From NCBI GenBank assembly GCA_003168075.1, contig PMTL01000209.1:7970-71969 (forward strand): a stretch of 64,000 bases of DNA, given 5' to 3'. The notes under the pieces were generated by a model. That model worked only from the letters and a program-made list of their open reading frames with translations. It had not been told where the DNA came from and ran no database searches. Positions 1 to 10,287 of this stretch are shown here, piece by piece (within the stretch, counting starts at the first letter, position 1; each line of letters begins with the position of its first letter). This stretch comes from Acidimicrobiaceae bacterium. Its GTDB lineage: Bacteria; Actinomycetota; Acidimicrobiia; Acidimicrobiales; RAAP-2. The position numbers and the translations under genes were made by a program.

Positions 1-288
1 CACACTCCCTACCCGATGTTGAATCGCCACGGCCCCCAACTCTGGCCAGCGCTCGCGAGCGGAGGCCACCACGTCACGCAGTCGCGCCAGCGCCATCTCG
101 TCGCTCGTCTCGTACTGCAGTTCGGTAATGTCGTGCCCGGTCGACGAACTCGAACGCGCGGTGCCACAGAAGGTGACGACAGCGCCACAGTTGGGTCGCG
201 TCACCCACGCCGTGAGCACGTCGGGCTCCAAGGGTGTGGCGCACACCGCGACCCAGTCGACGTTCTCTTTGGGATACACGCCACTCAC
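1..288 (-). CDS. moaE: Molybdopterin synthase catalytic subunit (runs off window edge; not in ORF track)
   Basis: Manual translation from GTG 288: ...PNCGAVVTFCGTAR...ITELQYE...ARERWPELGAVAIQHRVG, a MoaE pattern; next to Moco genes. Confidence 0.85.
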   Translation of the reverse strand, partial: MSGVYPKENVDWVAVCATPLEPDVLTAWVTRPNCGAVVTFCGTARSSSSTGHDITELQYETSDEMALARLRDVVASARERWPELGAVAIQHRVGSV

Positions 289-380
289 CCTAATTTGGTC
301 ACCGACAAGGCCACGACGCCTCAAGCGCTACCTGGTTGAGGCACCATTAACGTACATACTGTGATATTCAATACTTTTAC

Positions 381-392
381 TCGCATTTGCGG
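381..392. promoter_or_regulatory. Candidate operator (CGCA-TT-TGCG dyad) upstream of the molybdate ABC genes
   Basis: tcgcatttgcgg in the AT-rich moaE/modA intergenic region; an HTH-TOBE regulator is encoded nearby. Confidence 0.3.
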
Positions 393-529
393 GGACTTTC
401 TTCTACTATGACTGCAAACGCCATAGCATTTTCGGCCAGAAATCGACCGCGCTCTATCACTGGCGTTCACATCAACACAACCCGTGGCGCCAGAACTCTG
501 ACGGCGGATCAATCAGATCAGGGAGAACA

Positions 530-1411
530 ATGGAGCACTTAGCGACGAACCACCGGTCTTCACTGCCCGGCCACTTCCCGCGCGTGCTGGGCGGGTCAGC
601 GCTCGTCGCTGCACTACTGGTGGGCGGATGGCTGTCCGCGCCGAGCGCCCACGCGGCGACCACGCATTCAGGCCCGGTTGACGTTCTCTACGCCGGGTCG
701 CTGCTCGACGTCATGCAACAAAAGATCGATCCCGCGTTTCACCAAGCGACGGGTTATAACGTCGTCGGCGTCTCGAACGGTTCCTCGGCGCTGGCGACCG
801 AGATCAAGGGAGGTACCGAAGTCGGCGATGTGTTCTTGAGCGCGTCTCCCAGGGCCGACGTCACCCTCGCGGGGGCGAAGAACGGCAGTTGGGTGTCGTC
901 GTACCGAGAATTTGCCACCTCGCAGTTGGTGCTGGGCTACAACCCGGCGTCAAAGTTCGCCGCGAAGCTGCGACACGGGCCGTGGTTCGACGTCGTCGAC
1001 CTGCCGAGCTTCGTACTCGGGCGAACTGACCCGGCGACCGACCCGAAGGGAGTTCTCGCTGTCGACGCACTCGAAGGCGTCGCCCTCAGTTACGGCCTGC
1101 CGCAATTGGCGTCCCTCGCCACGTCAAAGACCAACGTGTTCTCTGAAACGTCGCTGGTGGGAGAGCTCCAGGCCGGACAATTGGACGCCGGCTTCTTCTA
1201 CAAGGTGGAGGCCTCCGCGGCGCACCTCAAGACCGTGCCGCTAGTGGCAACGAACCTCTTTGCCACCTACACGGTGGCTCGACTCAAAAATGCTCCACAC
1301 CGTACCGCCGCGCAGGCCTTCATCGCCTTCCTCCTCAGCCCCCGAGGGCGCGCCCTCCTGAAGGCCGACGGCATCACTCCGATTGTGCCCGTCACTACCG
1401 TGACGCCCTAG
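530..1411 (+). CDS. modA: Molybdate/tungstate ABC transporter substrate-binding protein (ModA/WtpA-like)
   Basis: YAGSL, GSSALA, DVFLSAS, GRTDPATDPKG motifs; signal peptide; GGGAG RBS. Confidence 0.85.
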   Translation: MEHLATNHRSSLPGHFPRVLGGSALVAALLVGGWLSAPSAHAATTHSGPVDVLYAGSLLDVMQQKIDPAFHQATGYNVVGVSNGSSALATEIKGGTEVGDVFLSASPRADVTLAGAKNGSWVSSYREFATSQLVLGYNPASKFAAKLRHGPWFDVVDLPSFVLGRTDPATDPKGVLAVDALEGVALSYGLPQLASLATSKTNVFSETSLVGELQAGQLDAGFFYKVEASAAHLKTVPLVATNLFATYTVARLKNAPHRTAAQAFIAFLLSPRGRALLKADGITPIVPVTTVTP

Positions 1412-1425
1412 ACAGCAGGTCCCCC

Positions 1426-3336
1426 GTGACGCGGTTCGCCCGAGACACTCCCGCCAGCCACGCGAGAACTCACCTGGGAGTGAGTCCGCTGGTCGTGCTG
1501 GGTGGACTCATCGTCGTCTATCTCGCGTTACCCCTCGGGGCCTTCGTCGTACGCTTCGCTACGACACCGCAGCGGGGCTTTTCAGTTCCCGGACTCTTCC
1601 CGTCACTCTGGATGTCGGTGAGCTGTGCCACGATCTCGCTGGCCCTCGTCACCGTTCTCGGAGTTCCATTGGCTTTCGTGCTCGCGCGCTCCCACGGTCG
1701 ACTGGCCAAGATCATCGGCGTGATCGTCCAGGTACCCCTGGCTCTCCCACCTCTCATGAGCGGCATCGTGCTGATCTACATCATCGGTCCCTACACCTTT
1801 TTGGGTCGCCTCTTTCACCGTGACCTCACTAACTCACGCGCCGGGATCATCATCGCCATGACCTTCGTGGCCGCACCATTTCTGATCGTCGCCGCCCGGG
1901 CCGCCTTCGTCACGCTCGACCAAGGGCTGCTCGACGTCGCCCACACCCTCGGTCACTCCGAGTTGTCGCGCTTCGTGCGCGTGGCCGTGCCGATCGCCGG
2001 CCCGAGCATTCGCGCGGGGATGCTGCTCACCTGGTTGCGAGCCTTTGGTGAATACGGGGCCGTGGTCGTTCTCGCATATAACCCGACGTCACTTCCGATC
2101 TACACCTACAACCAGTTCAGCGGCGTGGGGTTGGCCACAACTCTGGCACCGACGGCCCTGGCCGTGGCCGTGGCCATCATCGCCGTTCTCCTCAGCCGCC
2201 TCACTTTCGCGCCGCGACGACACGCGCCTATGGCCGCCCCCGCCACCATTGCACCACCAGATCTCACTACCCAATCGATTTCCTTTGACATCGCGGCACG
2301 CGCGGGATCATTTCGGCTCAATCTCGCCCACGACGAGGTGAGTCATCTCGCCGTGCTCGGTCCGTCCGGGTCGGGCAAGTCTCTGCTATTGCGAAGTCTC
2401 GCCGGCCTGGGCGACTTCAGCGGCGACCTCTGGTGCAACGGGGAGTCCTTCAACCTATTGCGCGTGTCGCAACGTCCGGTGGGCTACGTGGCTCAGGGAT
2501 TCTCACTCTTTCCCCACTTGAGCGTGTGGCAGCAGCTCCTCTTTCCTCGCCACGCCACGCCGCAACTCGCGGCCTACTGGTGCGATCGTCTCCAGCTCCG
2601 TGGGCTCGAATCGCGGCGACCGTCGGAACTCTCGGGCGGCCAGCGACAACGGGTCGCACTCGCCCAGGCCCTGTGCAATTCCCCACGGGTGCTCCTGCTC
2701 GACGAGCCGTTCTCCGCGCTCGACTCACCGGTGCGCCAGGAACTACGGCGACTTCTGCGGCGACTTCAACGTGAGACCTCACTGTCGACGGTGCTCGTCA
2801 CCCACGACCCCGAAGAGGCCACTCTTCTGGCCGAGGAGTTGATGGTCATTCGCAATGGACACGCCATCCAGGCCGGTTCCGTTCGCGAGATCTTTGCCCA
2901 TCCCGCATCCGCCGGCGTGGCGAGTCTCGTGGGTATGACGAATCTCTTTGAGGCCGTGGTCCTCTCGAACAACGTCATCGACGTCTACGGCACGGCGCTC
3001 TTCTCCCCCACGGTCTTGCCCACTGGCACCGCACTTCACTGCAGTGTCCGACCCGAACACGTGAGGGTGAACAGGGCATCACCAACGGACCGGTCCACTG
3101 CGTTGAAGGCACTCGCCGGAACGATCAGCGACATCGCCGATCTCGGCACGGCGCATCTCGTGTTCGTCACGCTCCACGGTGACGTCGAGGTCCAGTGCCG
3201 CAGCATGACCCCACTGAGCTTCACCGTCGGAGACCCGTGCGAAGTGAGTTTCGACGACGGCGGTTTGATGACGTGGCCCAACGACCATCGCGATGATCAT
3301 CACGAGGATTCCATTGCCGAAACGTCGCGACTCTAA
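1426..3336 (+). CDS. Fused molybdate ABC permease + ATPase (ModB-ModC) with C-terminal TOBE
   Basis: PLALPP and RAFGEYGA permease motifs, then Walker [14 protein letters not shown] and LLLDEP in one ORF. Confidence 0.88.
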   Translation: MTRFARDTPASHARTHLGVSPLVVLGGLIVVYLALPLGAFVVRFATTPQRGFSVPGLFPSLWMSVSCATISLALVTVLGVPLAFVLARSHGRLAKIIGVIVQVPLALPPLMSGIVLIYIIGPYTFLGRLFHRDLTNSRAGIIIAMTFVAAPFLIVAARAAFVTLDQGLLDVAHTLGHSELSRFVRVAVPIAGPSIRAGMLLTWLRAFGEYGAVVVLAYNPTSLPIYTYNQFSGVGLATTLAPTALAVAVAIIAVLLSRLTFAPRRHAPMAAPATIAPPDLTTQSISFDIAARAGSFRLNLAHDEVSHLAVLGPSGSGKSLLLRSLAGLGDFSGDLWCNGESFNLLRVSQRPVGYVAQGFSLFPHLSVWQQLLFPRHATPQLAAYWCDRLQLRGLESRRPSELSGGQRQRVALAQALCNSPRVLLLDEPFSALDSPVRQELRRLLRRLQRETSLSTVLVTHDPEEATLLAEELMVIRNGHAIQAGSVREIFAHPASAGVASLVGMTNLFEAVVLSNNVIDVYGTALFSPTVLPTGTALHCSVRPEHVRVNRASPTDRSTALKALAGTISDIADLGTAHLVFVTLHGDVEVQCRSMTPLSFTVGDPCEVSFDDGGLMTWPNDHRDDHHEDSIAETSRL

Positions 3337-3339
3337 GCC

Positions 3340-3741
3340 CTAGAACTCGGCGGGAATCTCCACACCGACGTTGGTCGCCTTGACGACCGCATCGACGACC
3401 ACTCCCGGGGCGAGCTTCAATTCGTCGGCGGCTTCGCGTGTAATGAGAGAGACGAAACGATGAGGTCCCGCCTGGATCTCCACTTGAGCGACGACTTTGT
3501 CCTTCACCACCTTGGTCACTATTCCCACGAAACGATTGCGCGCCGACTGAGCCCGCGGCTGGTGAGACGTCGTGTCACCGGCAATCTCGACGGCGAGTTT
3601 GGCGAGGTCCTCCCCGTCGTAGTAGCGACGTCCGTCAGGAGCCACCGTGACCGCGACGCGCCCCGCACTCGCCCACCGACGCAACGTGTCGACGCTGACG
3701 CCCAAGAGTTGCGCAGCCTGTCCCACGCGATATTTCGCCAT
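3340..3741 (-). CDS. MerR/excisionase-type HTH + TOBE molybdate-binding regulator (ModE-like)
   Basis: AAQLLGVSVDTLRRW HTH; SARNRFVG...SLIT...VKAT Mop/TOBE domain; TAACCT 6 nt before ATG. Confidence 0.88.
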   Translation of the reverse strand: MAKYRVGQAAQLLGVSVDTLRRWASAGRVAVTVAPDGRRYYDGEDLAKLAVEIAGDTTSHQPRAQSARNRFVGIVTKVVKDKVVAQVEIQAGPHRFVSLITREAADELKLAPGVVVDAVVKATNVGVEIPAEF

Positions 3742-3823
3742 TCCCTCAGGTTAACGAATCGCCGATGAAGAACAGATACCAAGAATCCTGGCCGTGCTCG
3801 ATTCTGGTCGCCATACTGGATTC

Positions 3824-4381
3824 ATGGCCACGACCTTTGACGAGATCGACGACATTCTCGCGCAGTGGTTGATGGATCAACCCCTCTTCTGCGTCGGCAC
3901 CGCTCCTCTGTCAGCACAGGGATCGGTCAATTGCTCGCCCAAGGGCAATCGCCAGGAATTCGCGGTGCTCTCGGGACGCCGCGTCGCTTACCTCGATCAG
4001 ACCGGCTCGGGGGTGGAGACAATCGCTCACTTGCGCGAGAACGGCCGGATCGTGATCGTATTCTTCGCGATCTCCGCAGCGCCGCGCATCGTTCGCTTGC
4101 ACGGCCGCGGCCGCGTCATCGAGCACGACTCACCCGACTTCGCAGAATTCGCCACCAGCTTCCCCCGCGCCCACGACGTCGGCGTACTGTCCATCATCGT
4201 CGCGGACCTTGAACGAGTCTCGGATTCTTGCGGTTACGGAGTTCCACTGCTGAGCTTCGACGAGCACCGCCCGACTATGGACCAGTGGTCAAGGCGCAAG
4301 GGTCCCGAGGGCGTCCGTGATTATTGGAAAGCACACAACCTCGCCAGCATCGACGGCATCGAGGGCCTCGTCATCGACTAG
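3824..4381 (+). CDS. Pyridoxamine 5'-phosphate oxidase-like FMN-binding family protein
   Basis: VNCSPKG, YLDQTGSGVETIAHLRENGRI, SCGYGVP; start moved to ATG 3824 (CATACT-N6-ATG). Confidence 0.8.
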   Translation: MATTFDEIDDILAQWLMDQPLFCVGTAPLSAQGSVNCSPKGNRQEFAVLSGRRVAYLDQTGSGVETIAHLRENGRIVIVFFAISAAPRIVRLHGRGRVIEHDSPDFAEFATSFPRAHDVGVLSIIVADLERVSDSCGYGVPLLSFDEHRPTMDQWSRRKGPEGVRDYWKAHNLASIDGIEGLVID

Positions 4382-4422
4382 GCCAGTGGCGCAGGAACGC
4401 TCGTGGACCGAGGCGCCAGTCC

Positions 4423-5511
4423 TCAGCCGCCGATCATCGACATCGAGCGACGCGGCGCCAGGAACCCCACTTCGTTGATCGCGTGACCCGGGAACTTGGC
4501 CCACACCGCTCGACGGAGCAGTCCCGCCACCCCGTCGTCGCCCTCGCCGCGGCGCAGAACGTCGCGCACGCTCATCTCGTCATCAGAGAAGAGGCAGTTG
4601 CGCACCGATCCCTCGGCCGTGAGTCGCAGTCGATTGCACGTCCCACAGAATGGTTCGCTCACCGAAGAAATCAGTCCGATCTCTCCGGCGCCGTCGGCGA
4701 ATCGATAGCGCTCGGCGGGAGCGACGTGCGAGGGACCTTCGAGTGCCTGCAGGGGCCAGCGTTCGTTGATCGTGGCGAACACCTCGCGACCCGGTACCAA
4801 GCGCTCGCGCTCCCAGTCGCCCTGGGCGTCTAAGGGCATGAACTCAATAAAGCGCACGACGCGCCCGGTTGTTCGCGCAAATTCAGCGAAGTCCACGATC
4901 TCGTCGTCGTTGTCACCGCGCAGCAGTACCACGTTGATCTTGAGGGGCGTCAGACCAACCGCTTCGGCGGCGTCCATCGCTCCCAGAACCTTCGAGAGCT
5001 CACCGCGACGACGAATCGACGCGAACCGTTCGGGACGCAGTGAGTCACAACTGATATTGACCCGCGTCAGTCCGGCCGCCTTCAGCTGCTCCGCGCTCTC
5101 GGCGAGACGAATACCATTCGTCGTGAGAGCGATGTCGTCAAAACCCAGGGCGGAAATCATCGCGACCAGATCGACCAGACCTCGTCGCACGAGGGGTTCG
5201 CCGCCGGTCAATCGCACCGACGTCACGCCGAGGTCGCGAGCAACGCTCGCCACCCGAGTGATCTCCTCGAAAGACAGCAATTCGGCTCGGTTCAAGAATG
5301 TCATGCCCTCTTCGGGCATGCAGTAGACGCAGCGCAAGTTGCACCGGTCGGTCACCGAGATGCGCAAATCGCTGTGGACCCGTCCGTACGCGTCGACGAG
5401 GGGACCCGACGTCGGCATGGTCGTGGTGCGTGGGTCGAGTCCGGTGTTCGCGTCGACGCGGTAGGGCCTCACCGAGAGGCCCACAGCGGTGCGTACGTCA
5501 TTGCCCTTCAC
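4423..5511 (-). CDS. moaA: GTP 3',8-cyclase (radical SAM)
   Basis: CNLRCVYC, TGGEP, FCGTCNRLR, C-terminal MSMIGG. Confidence 0.97.
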   Translation of the reverse strand: MKGNDVRTAVGLSVRPYRVDANTGLDPRTTTMPTSGPLVDAYGRVHSDLRISVTDRCNLRCVYCMPEEGMTFLNRAELLSFEEITRVASVARDLGVTSVRLTGGEPLVRRGLVDLVAMISALGFDDIALTTNGIRLAESAEQLKAAGLTRVNISCDSLRPERFASIRRRGELSKVLGAMDAAEAVGLTPLKINVVLLRGDNDDEIVDFAEFARTTGRVVRFIEFMPLDAQGDWERERLVPGREVFATINERWPLQALEGPSHVAPAERYRFADGAGEIGLISSVSEPFCGTCNRLRLTAEGSVRNCLFSDDEMSVRDVLRRGEGDDGVAGLLRRAVWAKFPGHAINEVGFLAPRRSMSMIGG

Positions 5512-5640
5512 GCCAGAAGCCTAACGCTAGGGTCCGATTTACCGGTCCGAAATATTAAACCCCTAGGGTCCCACGACTAGCATCACCCTCAGAGGCGGTC
5601 GAAGTCATCGACGTCTCGGACCTGGCCCGAGGGAACCCTG

Positions 5641-6132
5641 ATGAACGATTCGACTCTTTCGCACGTCGACATCGACGGGAAGATCAAGATGGTCGACGTC
5701 ACCGGCAAGGAACTAACGCGTCGCGTCGCCGAAGCCAGTTGCGTCATCGTGAGTTCGCTCGACGTCGCCCACCTCGTCGCGTCGCCGCTGGGACACGACC
5801 CCATCGTCGCGGCGCGACTCGCGGGCATTCACGCCGCCAAGAACACCGCGAATCTGATCCCACTGTGTCACCCGCTCGCCCTGCACGACGTGAGCGTGCA
5901 CGTGCGTAGCCATCCCGCTGGGGCCGAGGTCTACTCCCGAGTGGTCACCGTCGACCGCACTGGCGTGGAGATGGAGGCCCTGACGGCGTGCTCCTTCGCC
6001 GCCTTGAGCCTGCTCAATTCCCTCCTCGTGCTCGACGCCCAGGCTCACTTCGAGGACGCGGGCATCATCTCCAAGAGCGGTGGTAAGTCGGACGACTGGG
6101 GTCGTAGCGTCGACGCTGCCCCGAGCGAGTGA
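5641..6132 (+). CDS. moaC: Cyclic pyranopterin monophosphate synthase
   Basis: MVDV, LIPLCHP, TGVEMEALT, KSGGKS. Confidence 0.93.
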   Translation: MNDSTLSHVDIDGKIKMVDVTGKELTRRVAEASCVIVSSLDVAHLVASPLGHDPIVAARLAGIHAAKNTANLIPLCHPLALHDVSVHVRSHPAGAEVYSRVVTVDRTGVEMEALTACSFAALSLLNSLLVLDAQAHFEDAGIISKSGGKSDDWGRSVDAAPSE

Positions 6133-6168
6133 CGTGCCAGCGACGTGCGACCCCGTGCCCAGTGATTC

Positions 6169-6771
6169 GTGAACTCTGACGCCACCGCTGTTCGCAGCAG
6201 CGAGGTCGCAGCTCTCTTGCTGAGTGGTGGAACGAGTCAGCGAATGGGTCGCGACAAGACGCAGTTGCCCGTGGGGGGAACGACCCTAGCGCGTCGCACC
6301 GGGCAACTTCTGGCGCGCGTGGCGACCACGGCCCTGGAGGTCGGACCCGGAACCTCGGGCCTCACCGCGGTGAGCGAGGATCTTCCGGGCCGGGGACCGC
6401 TCAGCGCTATCGCGGCGGGCCGCGTTGCTCTGCGCGAGAGTGGCCACGTCGGCAGCGCTCTGGTCGTCGCCTGCGACCTTCCGCTGGTGAGCGAGAAATG
6501 GTTGCGCTACCTGCTTCACTACGACTCCGGGTCGTCGGTCGTACCCATTGTTGATGGCCGGGCACAGCCGTTATGCGCCAAGTGGGGAGCGGATGACCTC
6601 GACGCGGCGGTGCAGTTAGTACGAGAAGGAGAGCGCTCGCTTCGTCACCTTCTGAACGCACCCGGCGTGATTCTGCTCGAGGAATCGCAGTGGAGCCGGG
6701 TCGTGACGCGCGAGAATTTTGACGACGTCGACACCATCGAGGACGCGCGACGACTCGGGCTTCTCCCCTAG
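6169..6771 (+). CDS. mobA: Molybdenum cofactor guanylyltransferase
   Basis: LLSGGTSQRMGRDK, GPLSAI, VACDLP, DVDT. Confidence 0.9.
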   Translation: MNSDATAVRSSEVAALLLSGGTSQRMGRDKTQLPVGGTTLARRTGQLLARVATTALEVGPGTSGLTAVSEDLPGRGPLSAIAAGRVALRESGHVGSALVVACDLPLVSEKWLRYLLHYDSGSSVVPIVDGRAQPLCAKWGADDLDAAVQLVREGERSLRHLLNAPGVILLEESQWSRVVTRENFDDVDTIEDARRLGLLP

Positions 6772-6992
6772 GAAGCGGACTCGGGAAGAACCGTACGGGC
6801 GAGTTCGAGAGCTCGCTCGGGTACCGTTCCCGCTCGTGCGGCGAGCCAACACGCCACCGGGGCAGCCGTACGCTCCGACGCGTGCGCCGCCACTCCTGCC
6901 AGCGCGAGAATCGCCGTCACTTCTTCCTCACTCGGCGCCTCGACACCGAGCCGCTGAGCGAATGCGTCGATCCACTCTCTCGATGAGGTCAT
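6768..6992 (-). CDS. Small DUF6457-like protein (domain often associated with actinobacterial MobA)
   Basis: EWIDAF...ILALAGVAAHASERTAAP; TAGGAT-N6-ATG start. Confidence 0.7.
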   Translation of the reverse strand: MTSSREWIDAFAQRLGVEAPSEEEVTAILALAGVAAHASERTAAPVACWLAARAGTVPERALELARTVLPESAS

Positions 6993-7122
6993 GGGCGAAT
7001 CCTACCGACGCGTCCTTGCGCCACCGTGGCGACCAGTGGCGTCACGTTCATTAGGCTGAACCTCGTCGAAGCGACACCGTCGCATGAATCGTGGGTGCCG
7101 GTGCCGGTCAGGAGGAGGAATC

Positions 7123-7965
7123 GTGAGTCGCTCGTCACCCGAACGCCGCGTCCGCAAGGTGACGATCGGCGAAGCTCCGGTCTCCTATCGCGATTCGCTC
7201 GCCGGTGAAGAACCACTCGAGATCCGAGTCGCGGGAACCTCCCTGGCCGTCACTATGAGAACCCCCGGGGACGACTTTGACCTGGCCGCTGGATTCCTGG
7301 TGAGCGAGGGCGTCATTACCCGCACCGAAGAACTCACGACGATGCGCTACTGCGCCGGGGCCGGTGACGACGGTATCAATCGCTACAACGTCCTCGACCT
7401 GACCCTCGCACCCGGCGTCGCTGCGCCCGATGAGAGCGTGGCACGCGCCTTCTTTACGACGAGTTCGTGCGGACTGTGTGGCAAGGCATCAATCGACGCA
7501 GTGCGGACGCGTTCGACCTTCGACGTGCGCGACGACCCGATGAGAGTGTCGCCCGAGACGCTGGTGTCGCTCCCGGCGCGCTTGCGCGACGCCCAGGCAA
7601 TCTTCGAACGGACCGGCGGTCTGCACGCCGCGGCACTCTTTGACGCCCAGAGCGCGGAACTCATGGTGCTGCGTGAAGACGTCGGCCGCCACAACGCCGT
7701 CGACAAGGTCATGGGCTGGGCCCTGCGCGAAGGGCGACTGCCCCTGCGCGGAACAATTCTGTTGGTGTCGGGCCGGGCCTCGTTCGAGTTGGTGCAAAAG
7801 GCGGTCATGGCCGGCGTCGCGATGCTGTGTGCGGTATCGGCGCCGTCGTCTCTCGCCACCGACCTCGCGCACGACTCGGGGCTCACGCTGGTGGGGTTCC
7901 TACGTGATCCCTCCTTCGTCGTATACACCCACGACGAGCGGATCACTTCCTCGGCGACTTCCTGA
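7123..7965 (+). CDS. fdhD: Formate dehydrogenase accessory sulfurtransferase
   Basis: EEPLEI, TMRTPG, SSCGLCG, TGGLHAAA, EDVGRHNAVDK; AGGAGG RBS before GTG 7123. Confidence 0.95.
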   Translation: MSRSSPERRVRKVTIGEAPVSYRDSLAGEEPLEIRVAGTSLAVTMRTPGDDFDLAAGFLVSEGVITRTEELTTMRYCAGAGDDGINRYNVLDLTLAPGVAAPDESVARAFFTTSSCGLCGKASIDAVRTRSTFDVRDDPMRVSPETLVSLPARLRDAQAIFERTGGLHAAALFDAQSAELMVLREDVGRHNAVDKVMGWALREGRLPLRGTILLVSGRASFELVQKAVMAGVAMLCAVSAPSSLATDLAHDSGLTLVGFLRDPSFVVYTHDERITSSATS

Positions 7966-10287
7966 CTTCACAACCGCAGAAGTGATGACGGACCGATCTG
8001 CTGAACCTACGGTGACCCGCGAGCGCTCGATGCGCACCACGAGCGACTTCGAAGTGGGCGTGTTACTCCCGAGCGCCGTGGAGTCCAGGGGCACGAGGAC
8101 GTTGGCCTCGGGAAAATACGTCGCCGCGCAGCCCCGGGGCGTCGGATACGCCACACAGCGAAGTCCACGGAGGTACCGTTCTTCACCGTTCCAGACACTG
8201 ATGACGTCCGCCACGTCGCCGTCAACGAGACCGCGTTCGGCGAGGTCCTCGGCGTTGACGAAGACGACACTGCGACCGCCGGTGATGCCGCGGTAGCGAT
8301 CGTCGGGGCCGTAGACGGTGGTGTTGAACTGGTCGTGCGATCGCATGGTCTGCAAGAGGAGGTGCCCCTCGGGCACCTCGGGTGCATCGGGTGGATTACG
8401 GGTGAAGCGAGCCTTGGCGGTCGCGGTGCGAAAAACTCGCCCACCGTAGGGTCCGCGAGGCAGTACGAATCCCCCCGGCTCGGCGACGCGGCGCTCGAAA
8501 TCGTCGAAGCCCTCAACGACCCGTGAGATGTGTCGACGAATGACCGAATAATCGTCTCTCATCATCGCCCAGTCGATCTCGTCCCCGAAGAGCGCACGTC
8601 CGAGTTCACAGACGATCGCCACCTCACTACGCAGCAGCACCGACCCCGGTTCCAGTCGACCATGAGAGGAGTGCACCATGCTCATCGAGTCCTCGACCGT
8701 GACGAACTGCTCACCCGAGGACTGGACGTCACGCTCGGTACGACCGAGGCACGGTAAGAGCAGGGCCTCCGCGCCGTGGTGCAAATGCGAGCGGTTCAAT
8801 TTTGTCGCGACGTGCACGGTCAGGGCGCATCTCGCCATTGCCGCCTCGGTCACGGCGGTGTCCGGGGTCGCCGCAACGAAATTGCCACCAAGAGCAAAGA
8901 AGACGTCGATGGCCCCGTCGCGCATGGCGCGAATCGTGTTCACCGTGTCGTACCCGTGCGCGCGGGGGGGTTCGAAACCGAACTCCCGGCCGAGGCGGTG
9001 GAGGAACTCATCGGGCATCTTCTCCCAAATGCCCATCGTGCGATCGCCCTGCACGTTGGAGTGTCCGCGAATGGGCGAGGGTCCCGCTCCGGGGCGTCCG
9101 ATATTGCCGCGCACCAAGAGAAAGTTCACGATCTCGCGGATCGTGGCGACGGCGCTGCGGTGCTGAGTGATGCCCATGGCCCAGCAGACGACGACGCTAC
9201 GCGCCGCGACCACGTCGTCGGCGAACGCCCCAATTTCAGAGCGCGTGATACCACTCAGCGACTCGATGGTCGCCCAGGACGTCTCTCTCCAGCCCTCGCA
9301 GGCGTCGTCGTAACCGTCGCAGTACTGCGAAATGAAGTCGTGGTCGAAGATCATTCCCGGACGAGCCTCTTCACGCTCCAACAGCGCCTTATTGACGCCG
9401 GTGAAGAGCGCCAGGTCGCCGCTCAGGCGCACGGGAATAAAGCGGTCAGTCAGCGTGGTGCCCTCGCCGAGAATCCCCCGCACCTTCTGGGGGTTCTTAA
9501 AGCGCATCAGGCCCGCTTCGGGCAGCGGATTGATCGTCACGATACGCGCGCCGCGCCGCTTGGCGGTCTCGAGGGCCAAGAGCATACGCGGATGATTCGT
9601 GCCCGGGTTCTGACCCACGATGACGATCAACTCCGCGTGATCGGTGATGTCGTGCAGGCTGACCACACCCTTGGCGACGCCGATCGTCTCGTTGAGCGCC
9701 GCGCCACTCGATTCGTGGCACATGTTCGAGCAGTCGGGCAAGTTATTGGTGCCGAGTCGGCGCGCCAGGAGTTGATAGACGAAGGCGGCTTCGTTGCTGG
9801 CGCGACCACTGGTGTAGAACGCTGCCCGGTCCGCCGACGTCATCGCCGCGAGGCGCTCGGCGGTGAGGCGAATGGCATCCGGCCACGAGATGGCAACGTA
9901 GTGATCCGCTCCCGGAGCCAAGTGCATTGGTTCGCTGAGACGTCCGTGGTGCTCGAGGTCGTGGTCCTCGAGGGCTCGCAATTGGCTAATGGAGTGCGTC
10001 GCGAAAAACTCACGACCGACTCGCGATCGCGTGGCCTCCCAGGCCACCGCTTTGGCACCGTTCTCGCAGAACTCCAAATGGCTTCGCCCGTCGGAGTTGG
10101 GGTCGGGCCAGGCGCAACCGGGGCAGTCAAAACCACGGACCTGATTCAACTTGAGAAGAGTGGAGGCGCTGCGCGCGAGGCCCATCTCGCTGAGCGCGTA
10201 TTTCATGGCGTGGCGCACACCGGGGATGCCCACCGACGTGATCTTGGGCTCGCTGACGTGAAGTTCGTCACCTTTGTCACGTGCCAT
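7900..10287 (-). CDS. FdhF/YdeP-family molybdopterin oxidoreductase
   Basis: GFDCPGCAWP, EFCENGAKA, PDCSNMCHESSG, RGHSNVQG, RSHDQFNTT; start set at ATG 10287. Confidence 0.93.
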   Translation of the reverse strand: MARDKGDELHVSEPKITSVGIPGVRHAMKYALSEMGLARSASTLLKLNQVRGFDCPGCAWPDPNSDGRSHLEFCENGAKAVAWEATRSRVGREFFATHSISQLRALEDHDLEHHGRLSEPMHLAPGADHYVAISWPDAIRLTAERLAAMTSADRAAFYTSGRASNEAAFVYQLLARRLGTNNLPDCSNMCHESSGAALNETIGVAKGVVSLHDITDHAELIVIVGQNPGTNHPRMLLALETAKRRGARIVTINPLPEAGLMRFKNPQKVRGILGEGTTLTDRFIPVRLSGDLALFTGVNKALLEREEARPGMIFDHDFISQYCDGYDDACEGWRETSWATIESLSGITRSEIGAFADDVVAARSVVVCWAMGITQHRSAVATIREIVNFLLVRGNIGRPGAGPSPIRGHSNVQGDRTMGIWEKMPDEFLHRLGREFGFEPPRAHGYDTVNTIRAMRDGAIDVFFALGGNFVAATPDTAVTEAAMARCALTVHVATKLNRSHLHHGAEALLLPCLGRTERDVQSSGEQFVTVEDSMSMVHSSHGRLEPGSVLLRSEVAIVCELGRALFGDEIDWAMMRDDYSVIRRHISRVVEGFDDFERRVAEPGGFVLPRGPYGGRVFRTATAKARFTRNPPDAPEVPEGHLLLQTMRSHDQFNTTVYGPDDRYRGITGGRSVVFVNAEDLAERGLVDGDVADVISVWNGEERYLRGLRCVAYPTPRGCAATYFPEANVLVPLDSTALGSNTPTSKSLVVRIERSRVTVGSADRSVITSAVVKSGSRRGSDPLVVGVYDEGGIT

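Noticed and set aside
6993-7122. Possible riboswitch upstream of fdhD
   Set aside because: No match by eye to ZTP, THF or Moco consensus elements
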